Part shown: piece by piece, positions 61,182 through 64,000 of the stretch
Layout: each line of letters opens with the position of its first letter
How positions within the stretch are numbered: the stretch's first letter is position 1
DNA from: Desulfomicrobium sp.
Lineage (GTDB): Bacteria > Desulfobacterota > Desulfovibrionia > Desulfovibrionales > Desulfomicrobiaceae
Direction: 5' to 3'
Length of the DNA stretch: 64,000 nucleotides
NCBI GenBank assembly: GCA_040768745.1
Contig: JAXGMI010000001.1
Location: 1,696,001 to 1,760,000 of the forward strand
The notes under the pieces: model-generated
The model's database searches: none
What the model was told of the DNA's origin: nothing
Seen by the model: only the letters and a program-made list of their open reading frames with translations
Translations under genes and position numbers: made by a program

Positions 61182-63773
61182 ATGCAACTTGTACATATGT
61201 ATACTGTCGTACCTAAACTGCCAGAGAAATTGCTGCCGCTCAAAACACTGGCCTATAACCTCTATTTTTCCTGGCAACATGAAATCGAGGAATTCTTTGC
61301 CCAGATGGACAGAGGGTTGTGGGAAAAGTGTGAACACAATCCGGTCTGTTTTCTCAATCATCTGCCCCAGGGTGTGCTGGAAGAGTTGGCGGAAGATGAA
61401 TTCTTTCTGGATCGCCTGTCAACCATTTCGGCATCTTTCAACAAATACATGTCCAAGCGCGGTCCACTGGACGGTTTCGACGCGCAGGACAATGGCCCGG
61501 TGGTGGCCTATTTCAGCGCCGAATACGGTATCGCCCAGTGTCTGCCCGTCTACTCCGGAGGTCTCGGAATTCTGGCCGGAGACCATCTCAAGTCCGCCAG
61601 CGACCTGAACATCCCCTTGGTGGGCGTGGGGCTGTGCTACCAGCACGGCTATTTCCGCCAGTACATGACCCACGACGGCTGGCAGCAGGAGCGCTATCAG
61701 CCCAACGACTTCGAACAGATGCCTCTGACTCCTGTTCTGGACCATGACGGGCAGCCCCTCAAGATCCGCATCACGATGAAGGGGAAGCCATTGTTTTTCC
61801 GCATCTGGCGCGCCGATGTGGGCCGGATTCCGCTTTTTCTGATGGACACCAACATACCCGAGAACGAGCCCGAGCGCCGGGAGATCACTGCCCAGCTCTA
61901 TGGCGGGGATTTGGAAATGCGGATCATGCAGGAATACCTGCTGGGTATAGGCGGAATCAAGGCTCTCGGAGCCATGGGCCTCACTCCGCGGGTCATACAC
62001 ATGAACGAGGGGCATTCGGCGTTTGCAGGCCTGGAACGGATCAGGGCTCTGATGCATGAGCACCGGCTTTCTTTTGAGGCGGCCATGGAACTGGTTTCAC
62101 AGAGTTCCGTCTTCACCACCCACACCCCTGTGCCAGCCGGCAATGACCGATTCCCGCCTGAAATGATGGCCGGGTATTTCCAGGATTATGCCACGGATCT
62201 GGGGCTGTCCTGGAAGGTGTTCCTGGCCTTGGGCCGGGAAAACTCCCTGGACGACCGGGAGCAGTTCTGCATGACCGTGCTGGCTTTGCGCCTGTCCCGT
62301 TTCAACAACGGCGTCAGCCGGCTGCACGGCAAGGTGTCCCGCAAGATGTGGTCCAAGGTCTGGCCCCAGTATCCCGAAGAGGACGTACCCATCACCTCTG
62401 TTACCAATGGCATCCATTTCCCGACCTGGGTAGCCCCGGAGATGTCCATGCTGTTCGACCGGTTTCTGGGTCAATCCTGGCGGGAAGATCTGGATTGCGA
62501 ACGGGTGGGGGATAAATTCGACTCCATTCCGGACATGGAGCTCTGGCGCACCCACGAACGGCTGCGGGAGCGGTTGATGGATTTCGTGCGGCGCCGTTTA
62601 CAGCAGCAGATCGTATCCCGTGGCGGGCGCAGGTGGGAACTGGAGGTGGCCGATAATGTCCTGAATCCCGAGGCTCTGACCATCGGCTTTGCCCGTCGCT
62701 TCGCGTCCTACAAGCGGGCTTACCTGTTGCTCAAGGATGACGACCGTCTGAAGCAGCTCATTTCTGATCCTGCCAGGCCCGTGCAGTTCGTTTTTGCGGG
62801 CAAGGCCCACCCGCGAGACAACGAAGGCAAAAAGATCATCCAGGAGCTGATCAGCCTCTGTCAATCCAAGGAATGCCGCCAGTCCATGGTTTTCCTGGAG
62901 GACTACGACATGCAGGTGGCCCGTTATCTGGTCCAGGGGTGTGACGTGTGGCTCAACAATCCGCGACGGCCACTGGAGGCCTGTGGGACCAGCGGCATGA
63001 AGGCCATGGCCAATGGGGTGCTCAACCTGAGTACCCTGGACGGCTGGTGGGATGAAGCCTGGCTCCAGGACAACAGCGTGGGATGGGCCATCGGCAAGGC
63101 TGAAGAATACGACGATGTGGAATACCAGGATTTCGTTGAAAGCCAAACCCTTTATAACATTTTGGAAAAAGACGTCATCCCGCTTTTCTACGATCGCGCC
63201 CAGGGGGCATTTCCGCGCCGTTGGGTGCGGCGGATGAAGCGGGCCCTCAGAGCATTGGGGCCGGTATTCAACGGGCATCGCATGGTGGAGGAATACACCA
63301 AGCGGGCGTATCTCCCGGCGGACATCAGCTATGGTAAGCTCGTTGCGGACGCCTACCGCCCGGCCATGGAGCTGGCCGAATGGCGCATGAACCTGTTGAC
63401 CCATTGGGGACGTCTCGGAATCCGCAACGTGCAGTGCAACACGGCCCAGGAACTGTATGTGGGAGAAAATCTGGAAGTCAGCGCCGAAGTGCTGGTGGAG
63501 GGCCTTGCAATCAAGGACATCCGCGTGGAGATCTATACGGGTCCGCTTGATCATACCGGGGGGTTTGCCTCCAGATCGACGTTCCCCATGGTTCCGGACG
63601 AACGCACCGCTGACGGCTGGTATGTCTATCGGGGGAGGGCCACACCCATGGCCACTGGAAAGTTCGGCTTCACTGTCCGCATTCTTCCCTCCCATCCCCT
63701 GTTGCGCGATGCGCACAGTCTGGGGCTCATTTACTGGGCCGGGCAGGGAGGTTCGGCGGTCAAGGGGAGCTGA
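61182..63773 (+). CDS. glgP: Alpha-glucan (glycogen) phosphorylase
   Basis: AYFSAEYG, YSGGLGILAGD, HMNEGH, FARRFASYKR, EACGTSGMKA; start MQLVHM after a GGGGA RBS. Confidence 0.93.
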   Translation: MQLVHMYTVVPKLPEKLLPLKTLAYNLYFSWQHEIEEFFAQMDRGLWEKCEHNPVCFLNHLPQGVLEELAEDEFFLDRLSTISASFNKYMSKRGPLDGFDAQDNGPVVAYFSAEYGIAQCLPVYSGGLGILAGDHLKSASDLNIPLVGVGLCYQHGYFRQYMTHDGWQQERYQPNDFEQMPLTPVLDHDGQPLKIRITMKGKPLFFRIWRADVGRIPLFLMDTNIPENEPERREITAQLYGGDLEMRIMQEYLLGIGGIKALGAMGLTPRVIHMNEGHSAFAGLERIRALMHEHRLSFEAAMELVSQSSVFTTHTPVPAGNDRFPPEMMAGYFQDYATDLGLSWKVFLALGRENSLDDREQFCMTVLALRLSRFNNGVSRLHGKVSRKMWSKVWPQYPEEDVPITSVTNGIHFPTWVAPEMSMLFDRFLGQSWREDLDCERVGDKFDSIPDMELWRTHERLRERLMDFVRRRLQQQIVSRGGRRWELEVADNVLNPEALTIGFARRFASYKRAYLLLKDDDRLKQLISDPARPVQFVFAGKAHPRDNEGKKIIQELISLCQSKECRQSMVFLEDYDMQVARYLVQGCDVWLNNPRRPLEACGTSGMKAMANGVLNLSTLDGWWDEAWLQDNSVGWAIGKAEEYDDVEYQDFVESQTLYNILEKDVIPLFYDRAQGAFPRRWVRRMKRALRALGPVFNGHRMVEEYTKRAYLPADISYGKLVADAYRPAMELAEWRMNLLTHWGRLGIRNVQCNTAQELYVGENLEVSAEVLVEGLAIKDIRVEIYTGPLDHTGGFASRSTFPMVPDERTADGWYVYRGRATPMATGKFGFTVRILPSHPLLRDAHSLGLIYWAGQGGSAVKGS

Positions 63774-64000
63774 TGGCCAAACATGTGGAGCGGGCGGACG
63801 TGCTCCTGACCGAGCAAGGCCTGGCCGAAAGCCGGGAAAAGGCCAAACGTCTGATCATGGCGGGACAGGTCTGGCTGGTCCGGGGCAAGGACAGAATCCT
63901 GGTGGCCAAGCCCGGACAGCAGATCCCCCGCACGGCCTGTCTGGAGCTGAAGGACCTGGAGCGCTTCGTGTCCAGGGGTGGATACAAGTTGCTCACGGCC
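63773..64000 (+). CDS. tlyA: TlyA family rRNA methyltransferase (5' part only)
   Basis: MAKHVERADVLLTEQGLAESREKAKRLIMAGQV S4-like domain ... FVSRGGYKL. Confidence 0.88.
   Translation, partial: MAKHVERADVLLTEQGLAESREKAKRLIMAGQVWLVRGKDRILVAKPGQQIPRTACLELKDLERFVSRGGYKLLTA

Overview
GC-rich chromosomal segment, most likely from a sulfate-reducing Desulfovibrionales bacterium (Desulfomicrobium-like; inferred from gene content and protein style). It is mostly core genome: rnj (partial), an EF-G paralogue, a gatC-gatA-mnmA-mtaB-DUF4416-yicC-remA-gmk-pyrF run, dnaK, arfB, aspA, rfbB-rfbD-hrcA-grpE, trmL, cbiB, tRNA-Val(CAC), proC, ndk, envC-ctpA-yibQ, prmA, a polar amino-acid ABC transporter, argD, dut, glgP and tlyA (partial). 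I saw no CRISPR array, transposase, integrase or prophage. The most notable items are: (1) a small Rdx/SelW-type selenoprotein gene (CxxU, in-frame TGA, SECIS-like hairpin) that the ORF track misses; (2) a PilZ + VpsT/CsgD-type regulator with two different predicted c-di-GMP-binding motifs; (3) a GAF / degenerate GGDEF (intact I-site) / PilZ protein; (4) a coupled ParB-like + divergent spore-photoproduct-lyase-like radical SAM gene pair; (5) a HesB-like gene that looks like a Sec-to-Cys convertant with a vestigial SECIS; (6) a two-subunit Psr/Phs-family molybdoenzyme without Tat signal or membrane anchor; (7) a multiply frameshifted GNAT pseudogene. All family calls come from reading motifs by eye; no database searches were run.
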